Part shown: piece by piece, positions 23,560 to 37,819 of the stretch | Layout: every line of letters starts with the position of its first letter | How positions within the stretch are numbered: the first letter of the stretch is position 1 | Source: Octopus bimaculoides | Taxonomy: Eukaryota | DNA length: 46,247 nt | Direction: 5' to 3' | Assembly: GCF_001194135.2 (NCBI RefSeq) | Contig: NC_068985.1 | Span: 70,385,927 to 70,432,173, forward strand | Made by a program: the position numbers and the translations under genes | Notes under the pieces: model-generated | Database searches by the model: none | Seen by the model: the letters and a program-made list of their open reading frames with translations, nothing else | What the model was told of the DNA's origin: nothing

Positions 23560-26500
23560 TTATTTATGAGTATCTTAAGACTGCTCCCGTTTTGTATTCT
23601 ACTTAAAGCAACATAAAGCTGCTCGTGACTCAAAACATGAAAATGTAAGTAAATACCAACTTCATTAAGTGACTGTCCGTGTTATTTGTTGATGGTATTA
23701 CTGGAAATTGTCTTATGATCATTACAATATGCATATTTGTATCAGTTGTTAACAGATTCACCCCAGGGATAAAAACTTTCTCTCCTTTCCTACTTCCACC
23801 TAATTTATTAAGTTTTTTTTTTGTTTTTTTTTTCTTGGACTTATACAATAAAGTCTTGAAATAATTTCCTCTCCTCCACTCTTGCATGGCTTCCAAACAG
23901 TCATCGCTTTCCAAATACATAATGATAAAGGAAATCAGTATTTGATATGTAATTAAGGATAAATCTTGCTGCTAGAGGAGTGTTACAACAGCTCTCCACA
24001 ATGAAAAAGATATGTTCTTGTACCGGCAGGCATATGATACCATGAGATCTGTCATGCATTTTGTTTTCAAGTAACCACCGCATCGCTTCAGGTGCACTCA
24101 CATATCTATCACCGTTTATCGTCCTTTCATTTATATGAAGTTTAATGTTATAATACCTTTATATAGCTTCTTCAAAATGTATTGACTGTTGAAAATATTT
24201 CCATATTTACTGGAGCATTGAATTTACGACGTAAGTATTTGTTATAGGGAGCCACATATCTATGATGAATTGTAAAGTTACCAGCTTGAATTGTTGCTTG
24301 ACGGCGTTTGTAGCATGGATAATCATCGGTATTTGCTCTTGTTTCTCGAAGAAATTCTTGACGAAACTTCTTTTCGAAGAGACCGTTCCCCATGAAAGAT
24401 CTGGGGCTTTCTTCAACACACGGTCCAGTATCATGCATTTTTCATATCATGAAACAAAGGCCCAATTTCCACATCAGGCGTTTCAACAGGAACAACTTCA
24501 GCTATTTGCAATGCTTCTTTACTCTTGTCATCTGGATACACCGTTATTAAGACTAGCAAATTTACCTACCTACGATGGAGGCATGAAATGAGGGATGGAA
24601 ATTATAACAGCAGTATATATTCAGAAATGTGTAAATGGACTTCATAGATTACTGGATGATATCATAAAGAAATAATATTATCGCTGGGGATACAGCATTT
24701 TATTGCAGCTATATTACATGCGTTTTCCCGAACTGAAATAGGCTCCCAGCTTTTGTAGAGCTTTCTTCGACCACTACATAAAAAATATTAAGAAAAAATG
24801 TTATTTAGATATACTTTTATTTTAGTTACTTACACTATTTTACGCTTGTTTATAATTTTATATATTCTAAGTTCACAATTTTTATTTAAATTATGAATCA
24901 TATTCCTTTCGATAATATCAATATGATTACAAAACTTCTTTGTAGACGATATTTTCTGTTGGTCAACACTAATATTCAAATTACTGGAGCCCGTTGCTCT
25001 ACTCATAGCGTATGTAAACATCGAAGAGGGTAAAAATACACCGATATATTTTAAAGTTTGGCCTTGTGCTTTGTTTGCTGTGAATGCGCGAGCGGAATAT
25101 TTAAGGTTGCAAAAAATCAAATCTCTCCCTGTTCTATGAAATAATGTCTTGATGGTCTGGTACCATGGGTTATTTTGATTGGCAAAACTAAGATGTAAAC
25201 AATAGTCACTACGATTAGCCGTTTCGAATCCTGCTCGAGACTGACACACTTCAATCATCGCTAAAATATTTTCTACTACAGGCACAAGGCCTGAAAATTG
25301 TGTTTCACTGGTACTTAATTTCTCGAAAGGATGAAAGACAAAATCAACCACAAAATAATCAGACACTATATATACTGACACACATTTTTTCCATTTTATT
25401 TTCGTTATAAACCGCCCTCATAACGCCCATTATAATAAAATATAGGTATGTGGGAAACCCCTTTTCTGAAGGTCAATGGCGTACACATGAGCTACGGCAC
25501 TGCTGAAAATACGCCTTTTTACGACATCATCCATAAGTTGTTTTTACTTCAGTTTGAAAGACCTTGCTACCAGAATCGGTCTGTCTGATGCATTTTGTCC
25601 ATGAAATAAGTTATCCTTATTTCCTGACCAGTTTGGTTTACATGTTATTCTAATGAAAATATCAGGTGTGCGATGTTGAAGTGCGATGGGGATCCTTGGA
25701 ATGAAAGTGGAAGAATAAGTGTGCTCCCCGCCTGAATTCCAGCAGCTTGTACAACATAATTTAAATGATCAGGTAAGCCGTTGGAAAGTTCAACCTTCAA
25801 ATTTCGTTGTTGGTTTCTAATAAAATTCAGGTTATATGCTTCTATTTGCAAGTATGAGTCTACTGTCCATTGCTGGAAGAGTTTCCTTCCTCGAAGAATT
25901 GGATTGAACTCATTGTGTCTGACTGATCTGAGGGAAACGTTATGCCGCAACATTGTGATATTTTGTCAACGAATATATGGCCTATTATCAACCCTACCTG
26001 CCAATTGTGATTGCCACCCTTGTTCACTGAATGGGAAAAACAAATGATGTCATCGAGTCCAAATTCCAACTATAAATGTTTAGATTCATCAGTGGAATAT
26101 TCTGTTGAATGGAGGCTCTCGATCTGAATTTCTAAAATCAATAGAAATTTCACTTACAGAAGGTAAACTATATCTTTTTCAGTTTGCACTACGAACTCTG
26201 TTAAAGGCAGTATTTATTATAAATTGAGGTCTTCTCATCGTGCACGTTCTTCTTTAATAGTTTGAAAGGTTGCTGTATATACGTTGATTTTATGAATTAT
26301 TTTGTCCAATGTGGCCATCATTTCAGGTATACGACTTTCATTTGAGTTATTCTCTATTGTTGCATTATGAGCTTCTGTAGAATCAACGACGTATAATTGA
26401 GCACTGTTTTTTGTTGACCACCAGCTGGATACATATGTGATGTTCTGTTGTACACTTGTCCACGACCTCTGAAGCAATATAGAACTCTTCCTGGAGCTTC

Positions 26501-27100
26501 TACCAAGTGGGCATCCATCCATGCAAAAGACAATCCAGAGTTATACGACCTGATGCTTTCTTTGAAATGACCATAATAAGGATTATTGAAATTTGCCAGA
26601 AAGGATATCAAGTAGTCTGGAAATTTTTTTCGAACAGAAACAAGCAACTTTTCTTTGCGGCAAGAATTACTGAAGTAGCCATCAGAGACATTCATACCTC
26701 CACACTAATGTTCTTCAGTATTTCGTTCATTTTATATTGTATCATAAACTTTTTCTGAGAGATGTTCTTCATTCCGAGTGACTATCATTCTTTCGACATT
26801 ACACTACCTTTTGTTTTTGCCCTGATTTCGATCTATTCGATTACGCTATTGCTGTTTTCTGCGCCTCATAGTAACTTTTCCTAGCAATTACCTGCTTTTT
26901 GTTTTTGTTTTCGCATCTGAAAACTACTCTGTCTGACTTGAATGATTTTGTTTTGTCTCTTTTTAATTTTTTATTCATTTTACTGTCTGCTCACGGTTTG
27001 CTTTCAGTTTAGCTTTTAATTATTCTTGACTGAATTTAGACTTTCGTTTTTTCTGTCTGTCTCTTGCTAATCGTCTCTTTTCAAGTCAGGATTCCAGTAA
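23560..27100 (-). mobile_element. Helitron H4: decayed RepHel, internally deleted and interrupted by H5
   Basis: In order on the minus strand: R/K-rich N-terminus, HFKESIRSYNSGLSF..PGRVLYCFRGRGQVY, FNPILRGRKLFQQWTVD, PDIFIRITC, LQKRGFPHTY|ILITV, DDYPCYKRR..YVAPYNKYL, SAPEAMRWLLE, then a jump to RQFPVI..TINK*HGQSL..HEQLYVALSR. Termini not found. Confidence 0.92.
24553..25440 (-). mobile_element. Non-autonomous Helitron H5 (888 bp) nested in H4
   Basis: 5' end TTTTATTATAATGGGCGTTATG matches the H3 5' end at 17/22 positions. 3' end is a weak hairpin TGCCT-N7-AGGTA then CTAG|T. It carries the helicase remnant FTANKAQGQTLKYIG and a SINE fragment at ~25270-25350. No TSD. Confidence 0.85.
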
Positions 27101-28339
27101 TCTGTCAGTAATAGAGTACGTATATGTAAACACACAGTACGTGAACAATCGCATAGGATAGTAACGTCTCTGTTGAAAATATTATCAATCATGTAATATA
27201 TATGTGAAATGAAATATATAAAATTAAATATTAGACTATTTTCTTACTGCTGCTTGAAACGATGTTTTTCTTGAACGACTAACATGTTTTGATATCAGAG
27301 TTGAATGTCGTCTGACCTGTTTGAATGTCGTCTGCTCGTTCCATTGAATCAAGTGATATATTTTTTAAACAACAGTGTTGTGTTTTCTAGTTTTTTTTAT
27401 TAAGCAATTGCCAGATTTATTGAAGTGAATAAGTGAAACAGAAAAAGAAACAGACAACAAAAAAGTTGATATAAACTATTACAAAAACAATTTTATCTTC
27501 TATCTCTCATTCTCTGTGTCGTTTGACATCATCAGAAGTTACATCACTTGTGTGTTTGTGTGCGCGCGCGTGTCTGTGGTGTGAAATTCCATCATCAATT
27601 AGTGTAAGTTGTTTTCAATTTTTTTCTTTCTTTGGAAACGATAAAATATTTACTGTTTTATTGTTTTCAAAATACCTGCTGTTCCAGCAGTTGATATGGC
27701 GTTCACTCATTCACTAACAATTTTTTTTTTACTTCCTCTTTCCTCTACTCACTCTCACACCATTGGTCGTTTAACTTTCCTTCTACCAGCGTGATCGACG
27801 TGAAGCATTGCGTTTTATTGTATGTAAGATGTGTGCGGGTGTTTGTGTATGAGTGTGTGTGTGTGCGCTTGTGTATGTGTGTGTATTTATTTGTCTGCGT
27901 GGAATCAAGAATAAAAGGATAGTCTTATATTCTTTAAAACACTGGAGACTTCAGATCTCACTACACCTCGTCTACATTTAGCGTCTCTGATTATCACTCA
28001 CTCTCTTTCTATTTGCTGTTTTAGTTTCATCTAACAGCGTGAGCCACAGAATATTCATTGCGTTTTATAAAATGGAAGTAATGATTTCAAAAAAAAAAAA
28101 AAAAGGAAAAAATTCATAAGTGAAGGAAGAAAAATGTTGATAATATTGTTCGAAGTATTAGGCTGTTATTTAATTAAGCCCGAAATATGGAAGGTAATAT
28201 TCACATCGACACTATATGAATTCGTGGATATAATTAAATACCACAAAACTTTTCCTCTGGCATTCTAGTGTATCTTTTTTTTTACAACACCCATGTTATT
28301 TTTGTAATGATAGCATATATTTTAATACCGTTTCCTCAC

Positions 28340-28555
28340 GGGGTCGCAAGTCTGAATTTTCTTGATAGAGTAGAGTGGGGCAATACTTCCGATTGAATCG
28401 AAGCGGTACTTAACTGACACTGTCTTTTATTATTCCCCGATAGAAGAAAGGCAATATTTACCAAGCTGAATTTCAATTCAAACCATAAACGGCCGAACTT
28501 AATTACCGCAATGCAATTTATCTGACGCTCAGTCAATTCTGCTAATCAGCCACTC
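28340..28555 (-). mobile_element. Degenerate SINE (family B)
   Basis: 'gaaaggcaatatttaccaagctgaatttcaattc...ctgctaatcagcc' parallels 12742-12968. Confidence 0.5.
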
Positions 28556-28743
28556 TTAATATATGAAAATATTGATTACTGATTTACTGGCCACCGAGAA
28601 TCAGTGAATGTTTACATAATGGCGACACACATATCTGAATAAGAGACTTGGGAAATATAACTGCAGTTTATACACAAAATCTTTGTATGTATGCAGTTGA
28701 TAACAATATTATTATTGTTGATAACAATATCATTATTAACCTA

Positions 28744-28955
28744 GGCGGGAGTGCGAAAAAGTTCGTGGCTTTAAGGATGTCTTGGCTTTAAGGCCCAGCA
28801 TTCCGAGTTATTTTACAAGGCTTAAAAACAAAAAACTGATGTATTGTTGCAATAAGTGTGTGAATCTGAGAGGGATGTGTTGTATAAAATCATACTAAAC
28901 TAATCCTCCTGCATTTTCTTTCACACAAAGACAGGAATTTTTCAGCAATCACTCG
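28744..28955. mobile_element. Mariner-type MITE
   Basis: Left TA|GGCGGGAGTGCGAAAAAGTTCGTGGCTTT and right AAAGACAGGAATTTTTCAGCAATCACTCG|TA form imperfect ~29 bp TIRs with TA flanks. Confidence 0.7.
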
Positions 28956-29423
28956 TATATATATATATATATTATATACATATATTTGTGTATAATGTAC
29001 ACGTATGTATAAATAGAAAGAGACAAATAAAGAGAGAGACAGACAGACAGAGAGAGGTTGAAATGGCAAATTCGTTGAGGTCTTACTACTGGCTGTCTGG
29101 GATCTAAATTCAGACCCCGCTGAAGCCTACTTCCATATATAAACACCAGCCATCGCGAGGGATCAGTTGAATTGCTACTGTGTCGGACGTTATTCATTGT
29201 GGTATTTGTTCTGGCTTTATGCATCTAATGGCATAGTATGCATTGACACTGGCGCCAACTTGCATACACCTTGACACTCCATTGAACAAACATAAGTAGT
29301 GTGGAGATACAAAATGCTAGTTTTCCATGGAAAACAAATCCTTACCAAAAGCTGCAAATGAACTGTCAAGATAGTGATAGTCAGGCCGTCTGTAACAGAT
29401 GAAAAACTTTTTGAGAGTGACAA

Positions 29424-29561
29424 GGGGAGAGAGAGAGCGGGGAGAGAGAGAGAGAGCGGGGAGAGAGAGAGAGCGGGGAGAGAGAGAGCGGGGAGAGAGA
29501 GAGCGGGGAGAGAGAGAGCGGGGAGAGAGAGAGCGGGGAGAGAGAGAGCGGGGAGAGAGAG
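29424..29561 (+). repeat. Purine-rich minisatellite (GGGGAGAGAGAGAGC)n, nine units
   Basis: Read directly; unit 15-19 bp. Confidence 0.95.
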
Positions 29562-30456
29562 AAAATAAAAGTAAGTCGAAGAGACATAGAGAAATCAAAT
29601 TTGCTCAACTCGTAAAATTAAAAGAAAGGCTGCATTGCTTGGGTCTTCGGTTGATAAGAACCATACTATTTTCAATGTCATGGGGAACGAAACCCCATCT
29701 ATGCACAGTTGTTATTTCAACACAAACGTAAATAATATGAGTTACTGAGACACTAATGCAAACATTGTCGAGAAAGAAATGACATTACTCAGTAGGAAGG
29801 AAGGAAATGAGAACGCTTTATTGCGCAGGTTGTCTAAGTAAAACAAACACAAGAGTTTTATTGCATTGTTGGAATCTTTGCCCTGATTACTGAGTACCTA
29901 GATTTCAAATGTGATATAGGTACATTAATGAAATAAAGTCCAGCTATATAGAAGAGAATAATTTCAGTTTGGTATAAGTATCAACTGCAACTTCAAATAA
30001 CATACTACCATTTTTATTTTTTATTTTATCTTATATATATATATATATATATACAAACGAGTTACTCACTTCTGGATCATTTCTGAACATATGTGTACTT
30101 GATCAGCCTACCCTGAGCTAAATGACAGCTAAAGCAACCTACTGTACTTGATAATTTTTATTGGATAGTTGTGAATGAATGCGGCAGTGATATATTAGTA
30201 CTGTTGTTGCTATGTTTATTTAGCCAAAGTCGAGGTTTCATCAGGCAGACCTATGATTTAAAACACACCAGTCTTTTTCCAAGATACTTTGAACTGCCAA
30301 CACATTACCCAAAGTGGCTATCTCTTTCATTTATGTAGGGTGAGGTATAATAGGAATTTCGCGCCATTTCTAAGAGATTCAGTGACAAAGTACAATGTCT
30401 TCATTTGAGGTATATGTCTGTGTATGTGTACCTTTGTGTATGCGTGCGCGCGCGTG

Positions 30457-30498
<42 letters not shown>

Positions 30499-32319
30499 TG
30501 TGCATTATCGGTATATGTTACGCATATTTTATAATAGTGTTTGAGTATGTTAGAATGTATATTGCGTACTCCGCATGCGTACGTATGTTGTTTACGTATC
30601 CCTGTGGGCAGCTGTTCGTACGGAAAAGTACATCGTTTATATGAATGAACAGACGTCTATCCAGAAATATTGTCATGTATTTGAATGTGTCCTTGAATAT
30701 GAATGTATATTTTCTTCATGAGAGCATGTTGTATTTATTGGCAGCCATGTATGTGTAGCAAGTTAGAAAGTCTACATCTGTGCACATGTACGCATGGCTA
30801 TGTATGCGAATAGATATATGAATAAACATGTATTCATGTATTTTTTGTGCATTTGTATGCACTCATGTCTAATTGTATATGTATCAGAAGGTAAAATATA
30901 ATGTGTGTTTATATGCGTGTTGTCTGTATGTGTGTGTGCATTTGTGTGTGTGCGTTTGTGTATGTGCGTTTGTGTGTGTGCGCGCTTATGCACGAGTGTG
31001 GACATGCTTATATATGATTGTGTGTTCTCTATTTAAGCGGAAGTCATAGAAACAGTGAGACAGAAACAAAGGAGGTAAAAGAAAGAGTTAGAGGGGAAAA
31101 GGTATATCCGCGTTAATATATATAATTATGAGCTTGTGTATTTGTGTGTATGTATATTAGTGCGTGAGTGAGTTAATATCTGTTTTTGTGTATATGTTAG
31201 TTCATTTAAGTGTATATGTGCATATACTTGCGGCAGTAATTATGAATTTTAATTGTGTATGCGCTAGTGTTTGAGTATGTACGTGTGTGTGTGTATGTTT
31301 GTGTTTTTGTGTGTATATGTGTGTGTACAATTACCATTTTGTTTGTTTCATTCTTTTATATATTCATTTACTTTTTATTTCTCCAAAACTTTGGTTCCAG
31401 AAAATGACTTTTGGTTTAAAATTCACCAAAGCATAAATATATTTTTTAAATAATATTTTTTTAGAATATTTTTTTCTTCTATCGTTCTATAGACTTTAAC
31501 TATATCATTAATTCAATGTTATCTAATTAACATTTAAAATCTTCAAAATTTAAAAAAAAATTCTTAAAATCAAACGCTTTAATTAAATTTCTATGAAAAA
31601 GCATCCATCCTCACATAATCAAGAAACAGTCTTCAAGATTTCTTTCTTCGAATTTCCACATGAACATTTTTGCTGTTGAAGAAGGGGTTATTATTGTTGT
31701 TGTTGTTATCATTGTTGCCGCTGCTGCTGTTGTTGTTGTTGTTGTTGTTGACGCTATTTTTGTCACTGCTGCTGCTTTCTTGTTGTTAGTCATGGTTGTT
31801 TTGATAGTGGTGTTCCTGTTGTTGGTGTGAATGACTTTATCGTTGCAGTTGTTAATATTGTTGTTGTCATCGTTGTTGTCGTCGTTATTGTTGTTGTTCG
31901 TGCTATTACTGCTATTGATGTTAGTCGAATTGTTATTGTATTTGTAGTTGTTTATGTTTCGACGTGGTATGAAGTGAGTGTTGTATTTAGTGGTGGTAGA
32001 CGTGGTGATGGAAAATAAAGTGATATGCGAGTATTATTTATGTTTTTGTTGTCCATGTTGCAGTTGTTTGATAATTTTCCCTGGTAGTGAGATGTGAGAC
32101 ACAATTTACATAATTAAAAGTTTATAAAAGTTTTTCAGGTAAAGCATTTATTCATTTTTTTTCAAATTTTACCTTGATATCATACAAAATTATGTTTTAT
32201 AAAAAAGAATCGTAATGAAACAGGAAACGTATACAATGTGGGTTGCAGACTTTTTCTATCATTCGGTTTGTTTACCATCATGAACTTGCCATTGAGTGCC
32301 TTAAGCAGAATACATATAT

Positions 32320-32440
32320 ACTGATTTCAAATTTTGGCAGAAGGCAAGCTATTTCGCAGAGGTTTGAGTCAAATACATCGACTTCAATGCTCAGTTTTCT
32401 ACACCCCGCCGAATGAAAAACAAAGCTAACCGTAAAGACG
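32320..32440 (-). mobile_element. Degenerate SINE 3' part (family B)
   Basis: 'gatttcaaattttggcagaaggcaagctatttcgcagagg' resembles 12750-12800. Confidence 0.45.
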
Positions 32441-32463
32441 TAAAGATGAATGAATTGCTGAGA

Positions 32464-32500
<37 letters not shown>

Positions 32501-34247
32501 GCAATCAAGTTTTGGTTTAAGAATGACTGCCTTTCTCCCTTTAACCAGGTTTGAGGCTTTTAAACGCGTCAAGATTAAGGCTCTTTTCCCACTAACTGAT
32601 GACTATTGTCAAACCATTATAAGATCTGGGGTATTTTAAACTACAGTCATAGGAGTAGAAAAAAAAAACAACGTAAGATACAACTCTAGCAACTTAGATG
32701 AATCAACAAGGGAACCTCGAAATATTCGTTCAAAATGATATTTAGAAGGAAAAGCTCCCTCATATAAAAATCCTAGAATCTTAGAAAAGTAAAGGACAAT
32801 CCATAATACAGTTCGAAATGAACTTCGCCTGAAAAGAAAAACTGGATGATCGCAATTAGATTACGTTTGATCATTGTTCTGTTTGATGGGTGTTGTCCAG
32901 GAGATAAAAAAGTAAAAACGCCAGTAACGACGACGACAGCAACACCAACAACAATAATCAATGGCAACAATAACGACAAAAGCGATTAGGACGGCTTCAA
33001 CCACTGGCAGAATAGTGTCCATTGCATATGTCTCTGGAAAGTTTTAATTCCTGGAGCAGTAGTTCAGATTAACATTACAATATAATATATGCACAAATAC
33101 AAAATGAGACACCTTCAGGAAATTTGAACTTTTGACCTACAAATTTGTAGTATAATACGATATTTTTCTATACTTTGATGGATATTATATTGATTATATG
33201 CATCCACTCTTCTCAGCATCTCTACTGATGTTGACATAAGTCTGCTTCATCGTGGCTGCCCTAGGGGTATTCAATAACAACAGCTACATCAATAGCAATG
33301 GCTATGATTGCAAGGTTTTTCTATTTCCTTCTGGCGATGTCAACACTATATATACATCATGCCTTTCCTCTATCCATTGTATTTTTCTCTTTTCATTTAT
33401 TTCTCTCTCTTTTGAACATATTTTCTTAGTTGCTTATTTAAATATTATCATTATAAGATAATGCAAATATATAACAAAATATTTCAATGATATAGTGTAG
33501 CTACGTCCTGATACTACCACGAAAAAAGTCGATGCTTGGAACGACCTACATTTGAACCGGGAACATTTACATCTTCAGACTAATTTTCTTCTAAAGTCAC
33601 AGCGAAATTGGAAGCATTTTAGTGGTCACCTGGCTTGTATCAACGAGCATTCTAATTTTCATTATATCATAGTATATTGTCACCATCTTTAAGACATGAT
33701 TGGTAATGTTGATCTAAGTAAAGTAGGCGAAGCAAAACAGCAGAGAGAAAAGCAGACGACCGAGAAAAAACAATGCATCAGCACTTCGGTTTACTGCAGT
33801 AGCTTTGTGTGGGGACTAAAGGAAAATCAATCTTGGCGGAAAAGAACGTACAACAGAAACGGGTGTAAATACTGAAATTCATTTTTGTTCAACACACCAA
33901 AGTAGTTCATCGCACGCCATCATATATCTATATGCATAAGTACATATACATATATTCATTTATTCTTTTATACGCTTCAATCCTTAGGCTGCGGCATGCT
34001 GGAGCACCACCATACATATGTATANNNNNNNNNNNNNNNNNNNNNNNNNNNNNNNNNNNNNNNNNNNNNNNNNNNNNNNNNNNNNNNNNNNNNNNNNNNN
34101 NNNNNNNNNNNNNNNNNNNNNNNNNNNNNNNNNNNNNNNNNNNNNNNNNNNNNNNNNNNNNNNNNNTATATATATATATATTTGTGTATATATGCACACA
34201 CACAGAATTATACATACATATATACATATACAGATGTACATACAAAA

Positions 34248-34532
34248 GGTGGCAAGCTCGCAGAAAGGTTAGCACACCGGGCGATATGCTTAGCGGTATT
34301 TCGTCTGCCGTTACGTTGTAAGTTCAAATTCTGCCGAGGTCGACTTTGCCTTTCATCCCTTCGGGGTCGATAAATTAAGTACCAGTTACGCACTGGAGTC
34401 AATGTAATCGNNNNNNNNNNATAAATTAAGTACCAGTTACGCACTGGAGTCAATGTAATCGACTTAAGCCCTTTGTCTGTCCTTGTTTGTCCCCTCTATG
34501 TTTAGCCCCTTGTAGGCAATAAAGAAATAAGA
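34248..34532 (+). mobile_element. tRNA-derived SINE (family B), full length, with an assembly duplication
   Basis: A-box-like GGCAAGCTCGCAGAAAGGTTAGC, B box AGTTCAAATTC, body GTCGACTTTGCCTTTCATCC..GGGGTCGATAAATTAAGTACCAG, and an AATAAAGAAATAA end. Confidence 0.88.
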
Positions 34533-36573
34533 TGTACATACATATGTGTATATACATGCATATATATACTTATGTATATATACATACATACATATNNNNN
34601 NNNNNNNNNNNNNNNNNNNNNNNNNNNATATACATATATACATACATATATACATATATAAATATATAAATACACACACACACGCACACACATATACATA
34701 CATATATATGTATATAACAGAAAAAATTTGTGGTACTTTTTGGTGGTATGCCTCCATACAAAAACATCGTGAAGTTTGTGGTAGATTCGGATAAATTTGT
34801 AGGCTGTGAGTTGACAGGTACATGAATACTGATGCATCGAAGCAAAGCTACTCGGTTCACCATGCTTGCTTCTGATACAACATTAAATAATAAATATTAA
34901 ATGTCATTAAATATTTTTGTTGGTTGATACTGTGAATGTCGGTGTTGGGGTAGCAAAAGTTAAATCAATATCAGATAAAGATCTGAACTCAGAGAGCTTA
35001 GGCTGACACTTGTTTATAGTGGAGAAAGATAGATGCATAATGTTGCTAGGTTCAGAATCCATTGAGCCACCTAAACAATCAAGAATTTGAATCAGTGTCT
35101 GAATTCAATGCCCGAGTAAGGAAGTTTCCTTTAAGCAGATGACTACTGAAGTGACTTCTGTAAATCTACAATAGGTTTAAAATAGTTACTGCTATATATT
35201 AGGCCACCCCTCAATTTTACAGCTCAGGCACGGGTTACAATAGCGAGGTACATACAATTGCGAGTAAATAATCCGGACTACGAAAACTAAACAGTTCGGA
35301 CAACACGCTTACTTTTTCGGTACTTGCACATAACCATCATGTTTTCGAAACAACATTACCTTCATATATGTAACCTAACGAATTTGTTGGTTGATTACAA
35401 AAACATAAAAAGTGAATGGATTATAAATTTAAGACCACAATTGATATATTATGAAACAGAGAAAGGGCGTTTTTATTTTTGTCGTTTATCTTTTGTCATT
35501 TTAGATTTTTCGCGGTGCAGCTTGAGAAGGAAAGGTCATGCTAATGACCTTTTGCAGAGCATCCATAGCTGCATGAGTATAGCTTCTATTAATGGCACCT
35601 AAAGTCTACTGAGCGATAGTTTAAGTCTATTCCATCCAAGAACAGAGACCATTGATTTGAAGTTTTTCACAAAGCTTCTGTATATAAAATTAGAATCAAA
35701 ATCCCTGCGCCGACATGTGGCTCTAATAGCAGTCACATTCGTTTACCTCTTAATCGTGTTTTCAGGGCACCCAAGGTTGGTGAAATGAAGGGATGAAGGG
35801 ATGAAGGTCCTTTCGAAATGGACACTTTATCCGAATGTTTGCAGCAAAACTAACTCCATTAAAGCTATGCAAGAACCAAGGTTGACATTAAAACTGACGG
35901 CAGATTAAGTCTAACACTCAAGAACTGGTCGTATCTTCAACGTCTTTAAAAGTGCCAAAGCCCAACTTTATGCTGGTCTGACGACAGCCGATTACTTCTG
36001 CACGACAGAAATATTGTCAGAGAAAAGAGAATGGAAGAAAGAGCAGAATCGACATCAATACAGGATTAGTGATTTATTTTATCAATAATGAAATGATGAA
36101 AAACCGAATTGGCCTCAGAAGGATTGGAAATGGAATTGCAAAGTCAGAAGGGATACCACAAGGTATTGCGCCTTAAGATGCCTTGCACTGGGTTTGAACC
36201 AAGACAGCATAGATGTACCCATGACTTGTTCTAATTTCATTTAGTGAACTATTTTTCATTCCACTGTGTCCGCCCAATGAAATAAAAAAGCGCTATATTT
36301 TATGCGTTAGCTCTCTTGTTATAAGGAAATCCAAGTTTAGATTTTCATTTCTAGACGAACAATCTCAAATGTCATACTTCTACTATCATCCACTTCAGAT
36401 GCAATCAACTGCCAATAAATAAATATATTCAAAAGTTTATAACATATTTGAAGCATATTCTATAAGAAATTTTCTGATTATGCTATAGAGAATATTATAT
36501 ATTATATTATATTCATACACATGTGTGTGCGTGAGAGAGAGAGAAAGTGTGTGTGTGTGTATGCATATCCTTG

Positions 36574-36628
<55 letters not shown>

Positions 36629-37712
36629 TTAACATAAATTGCACATATACGTATGACAAAAAATCTGACGTTAGTCTAATCAGACCGTTAGTCTAGATAT
36701 TCAAGATTCAGTCCGAAAGTGTAGAATCCGTCGCTTGGTTAGATATTCGATGCTCTTGCGCTAGAATGAACGCATAAAACAATGGAAAATTGTGTATTTG
36801 AAGAAGATTCGCTTGTTATTAGCAGCATCCCGAGCGTTAACCTTAAGAATTCCTCGCTGGCTCGTAGGTTTAGTCTGCAGATGCCAATGTTGAATTCACT
36901 CAGTAGCAAATAACTTACTTTAATTAGCATCTATGAGATTCCTGATATCCTACCACCAGACTCGACATACCAATTCTAGCCAGGAGTTACAAATGCACAA
37001 TGTTATAGCATTAAAAAAGAAAATAAATAAATACATCAATGAATAAATAAATAAATAAATTGAATGATGAAGCATAAAAGAATTAAACAGCTGAAGATCT
37101 TATCGTCTTCAAGTCTTGGAATTTATTTAGGAATTTATGTAATTCCTGGTTTAAGATATTTCTGAGTCAATTTTTCTTCCTTTTCACATAATTTTATCTG
37201 ATTCCGCTTTCCTGTCCCTTTCTCTAACTTCCTTACACGCACAAATTTACACGGCACACACACAAACACATACGCACGCACGCATGCACACACACCCACA
37301 CACCAAGACACAAACAAAAACAAAAATTTTATAAAGATACAAACATACGTATACGCGATCCCGCTCCCGCCATTCATGAATACCTACACACACAACAAAC
37401 ATTTACTTATACAGTCTTATATTTACACAGATACGTTCATTGATATACGCACACGCAGACACACACAAGCATACATAAGTCACACATAAGCACATACGTG
37501 GTGCATACACACAAAGGTAGTCACTTTCACATAGACACACACAAACATCTTCACATGTAAACATGCAAACACTCACGCATGTCTATATACACACAAACAC
37601 ACATGCATAAATATCATTGGCCACATAAACAGACACAAACTTTTAAACACGCTTACACACATTAAACATCTTCATAAACTCATGCATTATCTACCACTAC
37701 TACTACTAATTG

Positions 37713-37769
<57 letters not shown>

Positions 37770-37819
37770 AGCTGTAGCTACTGCTTGTACTACTACTACT
37801 ACTTCTACAGCTCTAGCTA

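Noticed and set aside
34370-34460. Direct duplication of ~41 bp inside a SINE
   Set aside because: The copies flank a 10-N gap, so this is most likely an unmerged contig overlap.
36781-36912. Short ORF MENCVFEEDSLVISSIPSVNLKNSSLARRFSLQMP...
   Set aside because: 43 aa, with no homology or splice support.
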